The notes: generated by a model from the sequence alone, not told the origin. DNA of 63,686 nt, filler included, from an uncultured Clostridia bacterium (GCA_964482715.1; 3 parts of 3 records of this genome joined end to end with filler, not necessarily neighbours in it), one strand, 5' to 3'. Positions 10,655 to 21,335 are shown, counted from the first letter of the whole stretch. Numbers and translations: made by a program.

Positions 10655-11623
10655 ATGAATGTTGTGGGAGTTGGAGCTTTAAACCTAGATTTTATTTATC
10701 AAGTTGATTTTGCTCTGTTTCAAAATGTGGAAAAAGGAACGGAAAGGAGAATAAGCCTCGAAGAATGGGAAGACCTTCGGGTCCTTCTAAAGAAAAAAGG
10801 TAAGTTGATGGTTAAAAATGGGGGAGGTTCGGCGGTAAATACTATTTATACCTTAGCCCGGATGGGGTTTTCCTGTGGGTTTGTTGGTAAAGTTGGAACT
10901 GACAGAGAAGGTGACTTTCTGCTTCAGGAATTAACTGAGGCTGGAGTGGATACGAGTAAGATTGTAAGAGAAGGAAAAACCGGTATCTGTTTAATCCTGG
11001 TTGATAAAAATGGAGAAAGAACCACTTTTATTCTTCCCAATACAAATGACACCTTTTCCTTGAAAGATGTGGAATTTGACTATATCCAGAGTGCCAGGAT
11101 TTTACACGCAGCCTCTTTCCTGGGGGAAGAATCTTTCAAAACACAAAAGGAGATAATTTTACGCACGGGAAATCTTGTGAGTTTTGACCCCGGACATCCT
11201 CACGTCATCAGGGGATGGGTGGAAATCTTTCCACTGCTTAAAAGAACATGGGTACTTTTCTCTACCCAAAAGGAAATAGAAATCCTGACCGGACTACACT
11301 ACAAACAGGGTGTATGGAAAATTCTGGATGCCGGGGTTAAAATAGTAATTTGTAAAATGGGTGAAAGTGGTTCCTGGATAGTATCAAAGGAAGAAAACTT
11401 TTTTCTTCCAGCTGAAAAAGTAAAAGTCTTAGACACCACTGGTGCAGGAGATGTTTATGCTGCCGGTTTTCTGGCCGGCTTGTTAAAAGGTCTGCCGCTT
11501 AAATGCTGTGGCAAAATAGCTACAAGAGCTGCTGGCATTAGTGTCACTGACTGGGGAAGAAAAAGCTACCCCGGGAAAGAAATTTTAGAACTTGCGTTAA
11601 AGGTACAAAAAAATGGGATTTAA
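10655..11623 (+). CDS. PfkB/ribokinase-family kinase
   Basis: GGSAVN, DTTGAGDVYAAG; AAGGAG SD before ATG 10655. Confidence 0.9.
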   Translation: MNVVGVGALNLDFIYQVDFALFQNVEKGTERRISLEEWEDLRVLLKKKGKLMVKNGGGSAVNTIYTLARMGFSCGFVGKVGTDREGDFLLQELTEAGVDTSKIVREGKTGICLILVDKNGERTTFILPNTNDTFSLKDVEFDYIQSARILHAASFLGEESFKTQKEIILRTGNLVSFDPGHPHVIRGWVEIFPLLKRTWVLFSTQKEIEILTGLHYKQGVWKILDAGVKIVICKMGESGSWIVSKEENFFLPAEKVKVLDTTGAGDVYAAGFLAGLLKGLPLKCCGKIATRAAGISVTDWGRKSYPGKEILELALKVQKNGI

Positions 11624-12401
11624 AATTGGCTGGTTTTCTACCGGAAGGGATGAGCAGGCATCTGTCTTACTGGAAGATACCTGTAAAGCTATAGAAGAAA
11701 GAAGGGTAGAAAATCTTGCAATAAGTTTTGTCTTTTGCAATAGAGAAAGAGGAGAAGGCAAGGAAAGTGATGAATTTATTGATCTGGTCAATCGAAAAGG
11801 TATCCCCTTGATCCTTCTTTCTTCAAAAAAATTTCGACCGGATTTAAGGAAAAAAGCACTGAAGGAAAAAAATGAAAGTCTTCTTGAAAACTGGAGAATT
11901 CTATACGATAGAGAAATAATGAAAAGAATAAAAAGATATCCCTTTAGAATAATCTTTCTTGCCGGGTATATGCTGATACTTGGTCCGGAGTTTTGCAGGA
12001 ACTACCCTGTATTCAATTTGCATCCCGCAGCTCCGGGAGGACCCAGGGGCACCTGGCAGGAGGTTATATGGCAACTTATAGAAAAAAAGGCAAAGAATAC
12101 GGGTCTGATGATTCATCGGGTTACCCCTGAACTTGATTCGGGTCCCGCGATTACTTTTTGCCTTTTTTCCATCAGGGGTAAAAGATTTGATCCTCTCTGG
12201 GATAGTTTTGAGAAAAAGTTAAAAAAGCAAGGTATAGAAGCTATTAAGGCAAAGGAGGGGGAAAATGAACCCCTTTTTGCAGCCATCAGAGAAGAGCAGA
12301 AAAAACGAGAATTTCCCTTAATTATTTCAACTTTAAATTTACTTTCTCAAGGAGAGATAAATCCTGGCAAGATTACTTCTCCTCGTCGTATAGAGCTATA
12401 A
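11613..12401 (+). CDS. Divergent PurN-fold (10-formyl-THF-dependent) formyltransferase
   Basis: LAGYM, NLHP and H-x6-DSGP catalytic motifs retained; N-terminal loop is STGRD rather than PurN SGxGSN; basic insertions. Confidence 0.8.
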   Translation: MGFKIGWFSTGRDEQASVLLEDTCKAIEERRVENLAISFVFCNRERGEGKESDEFIDLVNRKGIPLILLSSKKFRPDLRKKALKEKNESLLENWRILYDREIMKRIKRYPFRIIFLAGYMLILGPEFCRNYPVFNLHPAAPGGPRGTWQEVIWQLIEKKAKNTGLMIHRVTPELDSGPAITFCLFSIRGKRFDPLWDSFEKKLKKQGIEAIKAKEGENEPLFAAIREEQKKREFPLIISTLNLLSQGEINPGKITSPRRIEL

Positions 12402-12403
12402 AA

Positions 12404-13444
12404 ATGAAATTACTCTGTTTAGATTGTGAGGGGCCTATTACTTTAAATGATAACGCCTTTGAGATATGCCAGAGTTTTCTGCCCCGGGGAGAAAATTTTT
12501 TTACTCTTATCAGTCGATATGACGACTATCTTGCCTACCTCATCAAAAGGAAAAATTACACTCCGGGAAACACCTTAAAATTAATTACCCCTTTTTTTAA
12601 AGCTTATCGATTAACTAACTCAATAATAAGAACCTACTGCAAAAAAAGCATCAGGTTCGTTCCCGGAGCAGACGAAATGGTAAAGCGAGCAAAATCCATG
12701 CTGAATACCTTTATAATCAGTACAAGCTATACTCCTTATATAGAAGCCCTCTGTGAGCTTCTTGATTTTCCCCGGGAAAATACCTTTTCTACTTTCCTTG
12801 ATCTTGATCAATATCACATAACCACCATGGAAAGAGCCAAACTTATCCGCTTTTATGAAGAGATCCTTTATTTATCCTTAACTCCCCTGGAGAAAACCAG
12901 GGAAAAGAGGGAAATTTCTGTTCAGGATCAAAGAACGATTGATAAGTTAGATGAAATATTTTTCAGGGAAATTCCCGCTATGGAGGTTGGGAAAATTATG
13001 AAGGAGGTCCATCCAGTTGGAGGAGAAGAAAAGGTAAAAGCCTTAAAAAAAGCTCTTATGATGTGTTCCTGTCAGCCTGAGAATGCCATGTATGTGGGAG
13101 ACAGCATAACCGATGCAGCAGTTCTACAGTGGGTTAAAGAAAAAGGGGGTGTGGCTTTAGCCTTTAATGGTAATTTTTACGCTTTAAGAGAGGCTGAATT
13201 TGCCTGTATTTCTCCTCACAGCTTTTGTCTATCTATTGTGATAGACGAGTTTAACAATAACGGAAAAAGGGAGCTGCTGGAAATGGCTTCCAGCCGGGCA
13301 GAAAGAATTTCTGAAAAAAGGTGTATGATACCAGAGGATTGCCTTTTTACCAGGGTAGAAAAAGACAGACTATCTTTTTTGATTGAAGAAAGCGAAAAAA
13401 TGAGAAAAAAGGTAAGAGGTGAAAAAATCGGCGATCTGGGATGA
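12404..13444 (+). CDS. HAD-superfamily hydrolase, EhaR-like
   Basis: Motif I DCEGP, motif II ISTS, motif III Lys in GEEKVKAL, motif IV GDSITD, plus FNGNxYA. Confidence 0.75.
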   Translation: MKLLCLDCEGPITLNDNAFEICQSFLPRGENFFTLISRYDDYLAYLIKRKNYTPGNTLKLITPFFKAYRLTNSIIRTYCKKSIRFVPGADEMVKRAKSMLNTFIISTSYTPYIEALCELLDFPRENTFSTFLDLDQYHITTMERAKLIRFYEEILYLSLTPLEKTREKREISVQDQRTIDKLDEIFFREIPAMEVGKIMKEVHPVGGEEKVKALKKALMMCSCQPENAMYVGDSITDAAVLQWVKEKGGVALAFNGNFYALREAEFACISPHSFCLSIVIDEFNNNGKRELLEMASSRAERISEKRCMIPEDCLFTRVEKDRLSFLIEESEKMRKKVRGEKIGDLG

Positions 13445-13896
13445 GAGGAGTTTATGTTTTATTGATACAAATTGAAAAAGAGATTGAAATCCTGGTGGGA
13501 AGGTTGGGTAAGTGTAAATTTTCACCCGGATACTATCTTTATGTAGGCTCGGGAAAAAATCACCTGGAAAAAAGAGTTGAAAGACATCTTCGACGAGAAG
13601 GAAAAAAGCTTTTCTGGCACATTGATTACCTTTTAGATAACCCTCTGGTAAAAGTTAAAAAAGTCTGGGTCGGAAAAGATATTGAGGAGTGTGATCTGGC
13701 AAAGAAAATAGTTACCAGAAAAGAGTTTGGAGTTCCGGTAAATGGTTTCGGCTCCAGTGACTGCCGGTGCAAAGCTCATCTTTTTTCAGTTTCCGGAGTG
13801 CTGGAAAAAGTTGATTTTTTATGTAAAAATAGATTCTGTCTGCTTGACTGGCCTCTGAAATCTGATAAATTTAACCTTGATAATTCCAAGGTTTAA
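13441..13896 (+). CDS. GIY-YIG (Uri) superfamily putative endonuclease, DUF123-like
   Basis: GVYVL...YLYVGS, RVERH, WHIDYL, FGSSDCRCKAHL. Confidence 0.85.
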   Translation: MRGVYVLLIQIEKEIEILVGRLGKCKFSPGYYLYVGSGKNHLEKRVERHLRREGKKLFWHIDYLLDNPLVKVKKVWVGKDIEECDLAKKIVTRKEFGVPVNGFGSSDCRCKAHLFSVSGVLEKVDFLCKNRFCLLDWPLKSDKFNLDNSKV

Positions 13897-13916
13897 GTAA
13901 AGTAAAGGAGATCCCC

Positions 13917-14132
13917 ATAGCTAAAATTAAAATAGATACTGAAAGATGTAAAGGTTGTGGTTTTTGCATTCACTTTTGTCCTCATAATTTGATCCGCCTG
14001 GACTCTGTTTTTAATCGAAAAGGCTACCATCCTGCAGTATTTGAGGATAAAAATGAGTGCACTGGCTGTGGTATATGTGCTATGGTCTGTCCTGATGTAG
14101 CCATAACAGTTTACAAAGAATTAAAGAAATGA
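13917..14132 (+). CDS. 2x[4Fe-4S] ferredoxin, 2-oxoacid:ferredoxin oxidoreductase delta-like; absent from ORF track because it starts at ATA
   Basis: Manual translation gives (M)AKIKIDTERCKGCGFCIHFCP...NRKGYHPA...CTGCGICAMVCPDVAITVYKELKK*, with two CxxCxxCxxxCP motifs; AAGGAG SD 6 nt upstream. Confidence 0.9.
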   Translation: MAKIKIDTERCKGCGFCIHFCPHNLIRLDSVFNRKGYHPAVFEDKNECTGCGICAMVCPDVAITVYKELKK

Positions 14133-14136
14133 AACA

Positions 14137-14715
14137 ATGATTTACTACCTGGAGGGAATTCTTAAGGAAAAAAAACCGTCTCGAATAATTGTGGAGGTGA
14201 GAGGAATAGGGTATGAGATTTTTATTCCTTTTTCCATTTTCGAAAAGCTACCTGAACCAGGAAAAAGGATCAAGGTATATACTTACTTACACACCAGGGA
14301 TGAAAAAAATTCTCTATACGGTTTTTTAGACCCTGGGGACAGAGAATTTTTTCTGGATCTAACATCCATTTCCAGTGTTGGTCCTCGTTCGGCCTTAAAG
14401 ATGCTTACCCGAATTTCCCCCTCAGAATTTAAGGAAGCCATAAATCAAAAAGATCTTGATAGATTAACCAGTGTCCCGGGAATTGGAAAGAAAACAGCTC
14501 AACGTTTGATTCTGGAAATGGGAGGAGTAATAAAAGAGAGGGAAATTCCCGAGGCAAAAGAAAGAACAATATTTAAAGATGGTGTGATGGGTCTTATATC
14601 GTTGGGTTATAGTAAAAGTGAGGCAGAAAGAGCGGTAAGAAGAGCACTCAAAGATGGAAAAACTAAAAAAAAGGATTTAGCCAGCTTGATCAAGGAGGCT
14701 TTGAAGTATGTATAG
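14137..14715 (+). CDS. ruvA: Holliday junction branch migration protein RuvA
   Basis: [33 protein letters not shown]. Confidence 0.95.
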   Translation: MIYYLEGILKEKKPSRIIVEVRGIGYEIFIPFSIFEKLPEPGKRIKVYTYLHTRDEKNSLYGFLDPGDREFFLDLTSISSVGPRSALKMLTRISPSEFKEAINQKDLDRLTSVPGIGKKTAQRLILEMGGVIKEREIPEAKERTIFKDGVMGLISLGYSKSEAERAVRRALKDGKTKKKDLASLIKEALKYV

Positions 14716-15748
14716 GGAAAAAGAAAGTCTGACCACTCCGCGTCTTCAACAAGAAGAAAGAGGAATTGAACTAACTTTACGTCCTCTCAAAATGGAAGAC
14801 TTTATTGGTCAGGAAAAGGTAAAACAAAAACTGGAGATTTTTATTAGAGCTGCTCTTAAGAGAAAGGAGGCTCTGGATCACACTTTACTTTACGGTCCTC
14901 CTGGGCTTGGTAAAACCACTCTGGCTCATATAATTGCCCGGGAGATGAAAGGCAACATTCACGCCACCAGTGGCTCAGCAATAGATCGTCCTGGAGAGCT
15001 GGCTAAAATACTTACCAATACGCAACTAAAGGATGGAGATGTACTTTTTATCGATGAAATTCACCGTTTACCTCCTCAGGTGGAAGAGGTACTTTATTCA
15101 GCCATGGAAGACTTTAAAGTAGATATAATTCTTGGGAAAGGAGCAAGTACTCGTTCGGTAAAAATTCCCCTTCCACGCTTCACATTAATAGGAGCCACCA
15201 CCAGAGCTGGCCTTCTCACCTCACCTCTTCGAAATAGATTTGGTGTTACAAGTCACCTTGACTTTTACACTCCGGACGAACTATTTATCATTATTCTGCG
15301 TTCAGCCCGCATCCTGAGGATAAAGATAGAGGAAGAGGGAGCCAGGGAAATCGCTAAACGGTCAAGAGGAACACCTCGAATTGCTAATCGTTTATTAAGA
15401 CGCATAAGAGACTTTGCTCAGATAAAAGGCAAGGGTGTAATAACCTTAGACATTGCTAAAAAAGCACTTGATATGCTGGAAATTGACAGTAAAGGACTCG
15501 ATCCCATGGATAGAAAAATACTCAAAACACTCCTTTATAAATTTGGAGGCGGTCCAGTGGGAATCAAGACTTTAGCTATGGCTGTAAATGAAGAGCCAGA
15601 TACAATTGAAGAGGTTTACGAACCTTACCTGCTTCGAGAGGGACTCATAAACCGGACACCTAAGGGTCGGGTTGCCACCAAACTTCTTTATGACTATCTA
15701 AAAGAAACCCCACCTGGTTCTCTGCAACAACAATTAAACTTTCTTTAA
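14708..15748 (+). CDS. ruvB: Holliday junction helicase RuvB
   Basis: [38 protein letters not shown]. Confidence 0.98.
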   Translation: MYREKESLTTPRLQQEERGIELTLRPLKMEDFIGQEKVKQKLEIFIRAALKRKEALDHTLLYGPPGLGKTTLAHIIAREMKGNIHATSGSAIDRPGELAKILTNTQLKDGDVLFIDEIHRLPPQVEEVLYSAMEDFKVDIILGKGASTRSVKIPLPRFTLIGATTRAGLLTSPLRNRFGVTSHLDFYTPDELFIIILRSARILRIKIEEEGAREIAKRSRGTPRIANRLLRRIRDFAQIKGKGVITLDIAKKALDMLEIDSKGLDPMDRKILKTLLYKFGGGPVGIKTLAMAVNEEPDTIEEVYEPYLLREGLINRTPKGRVATKLLYDYLKETPPGSLQQQLNFL

Positions 15749-16213
15749 ATAACGATCACTTCTTCCCGAGATTTTTCTTATCATAGGAATTAACAGTATA
15801 AGCAGGCCATAGCTTAAAAAGGAAATAGCTGTAGCTAAAACCAGGCTTCCGACAAGCAAACTTTTGCTTATAAGTAGAAGCTTTTTTAGCCTAAAAATGT
15901 CCCATGAAAACGTCAGTCCACCACTTTGAAGGATAAAGTCTCCTATCTTAGTAGCCCAGAGCATGTAAAAAGGTGTGGTAAAAGGATTGGAAACAAAAGT
16001 ACCTAAAATTGCGGTTAGTCTGTTTGCCTTCAAAACAACAGCAACAGGAAGAGAAAATATGGCAGCAAGACCAAAAGTGGGAAGAACTCCAAAAAAAACA
16101 CCTATAGCAAACCCCCGCGCCAGCTTTTCGGGAGAATCATTGGCTAAAACCGCCTTTTTTAAGAGAGCCTTAAATTTTGTAAGGTGACGTTTTTTCCTGG
16201 GTTTAGCTACCAT
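15734..16213 (-). CDS. DUF2062-family membrane protein (likely ATG at 16213)
   Basis: [23 protein letters not shown] helices. Confidence 0.8.
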   Translation of the reverse strand: MVAKPRKKRHLTKFKALLKKAVLANDSPEKLARGFAIGVFFGVLPTFGLAAIFSLPVAVVLKANRLTAILGTFVSNPFTTPFYMLWATKIGDFILQSGGLTFSWDIFRLKKLLLISKSLLVGSLVLATAISFLSYGLLILLIPMIRKISGRSDRYLKKV

Positions 16214-16377
16214 TGGATTTATCTTTATTGTCAATTTTATCAAATATTGGGAAAAAAACAAGCCAACTGTTCTGCCATTGGAACCCTATTTTGTATTTTT
16301 TACTCCTGCTTGACTTTTTATCCTTAACTCTTTATAATCAAGAATAACTTCTAAAAAACGAAAAACGTCAGGATAAA

Positions 16378-17244
16378 GTGACTTTTCAAGAAATTATACT
16401 TCGCTTACATCAGTTCTGGGCGAAGAGAGACTGTCTTCTGTGGCAACCCTACGATGTTGAAAAGGGAGCAGGAACCTTTAACCCGGCAACTTTTTTGAAG
16501 GTTTTGGGTCCTTCTTCCTGGCGGGTCGCTTATGTAGAGCCCTCCCGTCGTCCCACTGATGGTCGATATGGTCAAAATCCAAACCGTCTGAGGCTACACT
16601 ATCAATATCAGGTTATAATGAAACCCCCGCCTGAGGACATCCAGCAAATATATCTTGACAGTTTAAAAGAGCTGGGAATCGATCCCAGGCAACATGACAT
16701 CAAATTCATTGAAGATGACTGGGAATCCCCTACCCTTGGAGCATGGGGGCTGGGCTGGGAAGTGAGACTTGATGGAATGGAGATTACACAATTTACCTAT
16801 TTCCAGCAAGTAGGAGGAATAGATCTTGATCCTGTTGCGGTGGAGCTAACCTATGGACTGGAAAGAATTGCCATGTCTATCCAGAAAGTTGAGAGTGTAT
16901 TTGATATAGCCTGGGACTGTGAAGTTAAGTACAGAGACCTCCACCTGGAGACGGAGATACAGTTTTCCCGATATAATTTTGAAGTTAGTGATGCATCTTT
17001 ACAGATCAAACTATTTCAGATTTACGAGCAGGAGGCAAAAAGACTTCTGGAAAAAAAGCTATTTTTACCGGCTTACGATTACATTTTGAAATGCTCCCAT
17101 ACTTTTAACCTTCTCGATGCTCGGGGAGCAATAGGAGTTTCAGAAAGGGAAAGATACATAAAAAGGGTAAGAGAGCTGGCCAAAAAATGTGCCATGGCTT
17201 ATCTTAACCATCAAAAAGCCAATCTGAAAAACTCCTTCCGCTGA
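16378..17244 (+). CDS. glyQ: Glycine--tRNA ligase alpha subunit
   Basis: [36 protein letters not shown]; promoter TTGACT-17-TATAAT at 16310-16338. Confidence 0.98.
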   Translation: MTFQEIILRLHQFWAKRDCLLWQPYDVEKGAGTFNPATFLKVLGPSSWRVAYVEPSRRPTDGRYGQNPNRLRLHYQYQVIMKPPPEDIQQIYLDSLKELGIDPRQHDIKFIEDDWESPTLGAWGLGWEVRLDGMEITQFTYFQQVGGIDLDPVAVELTYGLERIAMSIQKVESVFDIAWDCEVKYRDLHLETEIQFSRYNFEVSDASLQIKLFQIYEQEAKRLLEKKLFLPAYDYILKCSHTFNLLDARGAIGVSERERYIKRVRELAKKCAMAYLNHQKANLKNSFR

Positions 17245-17261
17245 AAAAGGAAAAATAAAAA

Positions 17262-19355
17262 ATGCATCTTGATAGTGTACTGGAAATAGGTGTTGAGGAT
17301 TTACCTCCCCAGATGGTCAAAAGTGCTCTTGAACAGCTGTATCAAAAGGGTGGGGCTTATCTCAAAGAGCACAGATTGGAATACAAAAAAATCCATGTGT
17401 GGGGAAGTTCTCGAAGACTCATCTTTTATATTGAGGAGCTTAAGTCAACCCAGGAGGATCTGATAGAAAAGGAGTCTGGCCCCCCAAAAAATGTGGTTTT
17501 TGATTCTGAAGGAAGATTGACCGAGGCAGGGAAAAGGTACCTCGAGGCCAAAAAGGTCAAAGCGAAGCAGCTTGAAATAGAAAAAACAAAAAAAGGTGAA
17601 TATGTTTATATCAAAAGAACTCACCGGGGAAGAGAGACTATCCAGATTCTACCAGCTATTTTCACTCAACTCATATCGGGACTGCACTTTGCTAAGAATA
17701 TGAGATGGAAAGAGGGGAATTTTTATTTTGGCCGACCAATTCGTTATATCCTGGCTCTATTTGGAGACAGGGTAGTTCATTTTAATATTGCTGGAGTGTC
17801 TTCTGGAAGAAAGACAAAGGGGCATTTTTATCTTAACCCAGAATTTGTCGAGGTTCCTACTGCCAGTTCCTACGGTGAGATACTAAAAAAAGCCCGGGTT
17901 ATTTTTGATCCCGAAGAAAGAAGAGAAAAAATAATGATCCAGATTCAAAAAATTATTGGCCAGTTAAAGAAAAGAGGATATCCCAAAGCCCAAATGATCC
18001 CTGATGAAGAACTTCTTGAAAAGCTTATTTATCTTGTTGAATACCCAACTGTTTTTGTCGGTCAGTTTGATCCCGAATTCTTGAAACTCCCCTCTTTTAT
18101 TCTGAAAACCTGTTTACGTGGATACCAACAGCAATTCACAGTTGGAGGTAAAAATGGGATCCTCCCCTTCTTTATTGGAATAAGAGATGGAAATGAGAGA
18201 AACCTTTCAGAAATTATAGAAGGAAATCGAAGAGTTTTGCATGCCCGTTTGAGAGATGCCGAATTTTTTTACAGGGAAGACAGAAAAATCTCTTTAGAAA
18301 AGAGAGTTCCTCTCTTAAAGGAAATTGTTGTTCAGGAAAGATTGGGAAGCTATTATGATAAAGTTGAAAGGGTGATTAAGCTGGTTCAGGATTTATGCAG
18401 TTTGCTGGATATTTCAGAGTCTGATCAGAAGGTGATTGTGAGGGCAGCTTATCTTTGTAAAGCTGACCTTTTAACTAATATGGTAAGAGAGTTCCCTGAG
18501 CTTCAGGGAATCGTGGGGGCAAATTATGCGCTTTACTTTGGAGAAGATCCCAGGGTGGCAAAATCTGTTGAAGAACATAGAAAACCCCGGTCTAATCAGG
18601 ACGAAATCCCGGAAAGTTTAGAAGGAGCGATCCTGGCTATAGCAGATAAAATGGATACTCTGGCTGGCGCTTTCTGGATAAACTTTATCCCCACTGGATC
18701 CGAGGATCCCTGGGGACTAAGAAGAGAAGCTCAGGGAATTTTGGAAATAATTGTGGGCAAGCAATTTGATTTTTCCCTACAGGAACTTATCGATCGAGCT
18801 GTAAATCTTTATGGAGAAGGAAAGGAGGTTGGAGAAAAGTTAAAAGATTTCTTTGAGAGTCGGATTCGTTTGCTTCTCAGAGAGAAAAACATACCTTACG
18901 ATCAAATAAATGCAGTGATGAAAACTGAAACTTTTAACCTGGTAGATATTTTTTCCCGAGCTTGGACCTTAAAAGAAATTATTCAAAGAGAAGATTACAA
19001 AAGGGAAGTCATGGCAATAATAAGACTTGTAAATATATTAAAGCAAGCCAGAGAGTGGAAAATAAAGCTACCCGGGAAAATAAATGAAGAAATGCTGATC
19101 CAGGAAGAAGAGAAATGTCTCTATCAAAAGTGGAAAAATATAAAAGGAGAGGTCCTTGAATATATAGAAAAAAGAGAATACAAAAAAGCCTATGAGAGGC
19201 TATCTGAGCTAAAAGACCTCATCCACGATTTCTTTGAAAAAGTTCTGGTCATGAGCGAGGATATGAATCTAAGACTTAATCGACTGGCTATGTTAAATCA
19301 AATTGGTCAAGTTTTTTTGAGAATAGCTGATTTTTCTGAACTCCAGGTTAAATAG
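17262..19355 (+). CDS. glyS: Glycine--tRNA ligase beta subunit
   Basis: LEIGxEDLP, MRW...RPI, ARLxDAxFF, KADL, EFPELQG, GSEDP. Confidence 0.95.
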   Translation: MHLDSVLEIGVEDLPPQMVKSALEQLYQKGGAYLKEHRLEYKKIHVWGSSRRLIFYIEELKSTQEDLIEKESGPPKNVVFDSEGRLTEAGKRYLEAKKVKAKQLEIEKTKKGEYVYIKRTHRGRETIQILPAIFTQLISGLHFAKNMRWKEGNFYFGRPIRYILALFGDRVVHFNIAGVSSGRKTKGHFYLNPEFVEVPTASSYGEILKKARVIFDPEERREKIMIQIQKIIGQLKKRGYPKAQMIPDEELLEKLIYLVEYPTVFVGQFDPEFLKLPSFILKTCLRGYQQQFTVGGKNGILPFFIGIRDGNERNLSEIIEGNRRVLHARLRDAEFFYREDRKISLEKRVPLLKEIVVQERLGSYYDKVERVIKLVQDLCSLLDISESDQKVIVRAAYLCKADLLTNMVREFPELQGIVGANYALYFGEDPRVAKSVEEHRKPRSNQDEIPESLEGAILAIADKMDTLAGAFWINFIPTGSEDPWGLRREAQGILEIIVGKQFDFSLQELIDRAVNLYGEGKEVGEKLKDFFESRIRLLLREKNIPYDQINAVMKTETFNLVDIFSRAWTLKEIIQREDYKREVMAIIRLVNILKQAREWKIKLPGKINEEMLIQEEEKCLYQKWKNIKGEVLEYIEKREYKKAYERLSELKDLIHDFFEKVLVMSEDMNLRLNRLAMLNQIGQVFLRIADFSELQVK

Positions 19356-19417
19356 AGCTTTTCATCACCTCCAGGTTAAATCATCAAGCATAAACCTCTC
19401 TGGTTTAAAATTGTAAA

Positions 19418-20533
19418 ATGAGGCCAAATTTATTTATATCAACTGGAGAAGTCTCCGGTGACCTCTATGGCAGTCTTCTAAGCGAAGCCATCCATCAACT
19501 TGAGCCTCGAGTTGTCCTTCACGGAATAGGAGGAAAAAGAATGAAAGGGGCAGGAGTAAATCTTATCTCTGATTTCTCCTCAATTTCTGTCGTTGGGTTG
19601 GTGGAAGTTTTGCCCAGATTTTTTGATATAATAAAGACTTTCCGCAAGGTGAAAAAATTCATCCTTGAACATAAACCTCGAGTTGTGGTTCTTATCGATT
19701 ATCCTGGATTCAATCTCCATTTGGCTCGTATACTTAAGAAGAACAAAATCCCTTTGCTTTACTATGTTCCTCCTCAGCTGTGGGCCTGGAACAAAAAAAG
19801 AATAAAAACTCTTTTCCATACCGCAACTCATGTAGTGGTGATTTTTCCTTTTGAAAAAAAATGGTATGAAGAACAGGGTTATCAGGTTGATTACTTTGGT
19901 CACCCGTTGATGGAGTTTTTGGAAAAAAAACAAAATTATAAAACCATAAAAAAAGAAGGCAGGATTGTAGGTATTTTGCCCGGGAGCAGAGAAAGCGAGG
20001 TCAAAAGAATCTTACCCGTTATGCTAAGGGTAGCAGAAAGACTTCGAAAAGAAAATGTACGATTTGTTCTTGCTCTGGCTCCTGGAGTAAAAAGAGAAAT
20101 CGTATCAAATTATATATCAAGATTTAAGATAAAAATTGAAGTTTGGGAAGGTGATTCTCTTTCCGTGATAAAAAATTCAGATCTCCTCCTGGTTGCTTCT
20201 GGAACTGCCACCCTTGAAGCTGCTTATTTTGAGATTCCTATGATTATAATTTACAAGCTGAACATTTTAACCTATCTTATAGCCAAACTCCTGGTAAAGA
20301 CTTCCTGGATAGGTTTGGTTAACATAATTGCAGGAGAGGAAATAGCTCCCGAGTTTATTCAAGGAAAGGCAGAACCTGCAAAAATTTCAAAAGTGGCCAT
20401 GAGGTATTTAAACGATGACCAGCTCATACAAAAGGTAAAAGAAAAGATGCGCCAGATTAAAAATAAACTTAAAGGGGAATGCACCTCTCTCCAGGTTGCA
20501 AAAATTGCCCTAAAGTTTTGTAAGGAGGAATAA
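19418..20533 (+). CDS. lpxB: Lipid-A-disaccharide synthase
   Basis: GEVSGD, IDYPGFN, PQLWAW, LPGSR, SGTATLE, PEFIQ. Confidence 0.95.
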   Translation: MRPNLFISTGEVSGDLYGSLLSEAIHQLEPRVVLHGIGGKRMKGAGVNLISDFSSISVVGLVEVLPRFFDIIKTFRKVKKFILEHKPRVVVLIDYPGFNLHLARILKKNKIPLLYYVPPQLWAWNKKRIKTLFHTATHVVVIFPFEKKWYEEQGYQVDYFGHPLMEFLEKKQNYKTIKKEGRIVGILPGSRESEVKRILPVMLRVAERLRKENVRFVLALAPGVKREIVSNYISRFKIKIEVWEGDSLSVIKNSDLLLVASGTATLEAAYFEIPMIIIYKLNILTYLIAKLLVKTSWIGLVNIIAGEEIAPEFIQGKAEPAKISKVAMRYLNDDQLIQKVKEKMRQIKNKLKGECTSLQVAKIALKFCKEE

Positions 20534-21334
20534 ATGCCTTTTGTGGGAATAGAACTTTTACCTTCGGGTAAAGTTACATACCTTATCACCGAGGAAGAGA
20601 ATTTGAATAGGGGAGACTTCTGTCTTTTTAAATCTCAGGAAGGCTGGGAAATAGGCAAAGTAAAGTTTGTCTCGAGACAGAGTGTACCGGAAAAGGTTAA
20701 AAAGGTAAAAATCAGAAAAGCCACTGTCAAGGACCTGGAAGAATTCAGGGAAAAACAAAAAATAGTCGTAAAAGCAAAGGAGGTGGCTCTGGAGAAAATT
20801 GCCAAATATGGACTCCCCATGAGACTTACCTGTACCAAATGTCCCCCGGGTAAAAAGAAGATTATATTTTACTACACAGCTAAAGAAAGAGTGGACTTTC
20901 GGCAACTGGTTAAAGACCTGGCTAAGGTCTTTAAAGTGCGCATTCAAATGCAACAGATTGGCGTAAGAGATGAACCCCAGATTTTGGGTGGAGTTGGAAT
21001 TTGTGGAAGAGAGGTTTGTTGCGCCTCTTTCCTGAGCAGAGGAAAAGATAAGCTTGACTCAGTAGCTTTAGAATCGGCAAAAGTTCAAAATCTTCCTCTG
21101 GTTTCTTCCAAGATATCAGGTATATGTGGAAGATTAAGATGTTGTCTCAATTTCGAGTATCCTGTTTATACCGAACTTATTAAGGATTTTCCCTCTCTGG
21201 GAGAGGAAATAACTTTCCAGGGGGAAAAAGTAAAGGTGGTAGGCTACAATCTCATTAAGAAGATACTTATAGTTGAAACTCCAGAAGGAGTGAGAAAGAT
21301 TATCTCTAATGACCAGCTAAAGAAAATAAAGTAG
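20534..21334 (+). CDS. PSP1/RicT (YaaT) family Fe-S protein
   Basis: RVDFRQLVKDL, QIGVRDE, GICGREVCC, SGICGRLRCCLNFE. Confidence 0.9.
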   Translation: MPFVGIELLPSGKVTYLITEEENLNRGDFCLFKSQEGWEIGKVKFVSRQSVPEKVKKVKIRKATVKDLEEFREKQKIVVKAKEVALEKIAKYGLPMRLTCTKCPPGKKKIIFYYTAKERVDFRQLVKDLAKVFKVRIQMQQIGVRDEPQILGGVGICGREVCCASFLSRGKDKLDSVALESAKVQNLPLVSSKISGICGRLRCCLNFEYPVYTELIKDFPSLGEEITFQGEKVKVVGYNLIKKILIVETPEGVRKIISNDQLKKIK

Positions 21335-21335
21335 A

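Noticed and set aside
16262-16377. T-box upstream of glyQS (also checked pheT); FMN riboswitch before ribE; SAM riboswitch before the metH-like gene
   Set aside because: The leaders are too short and lack the consensus motifs.
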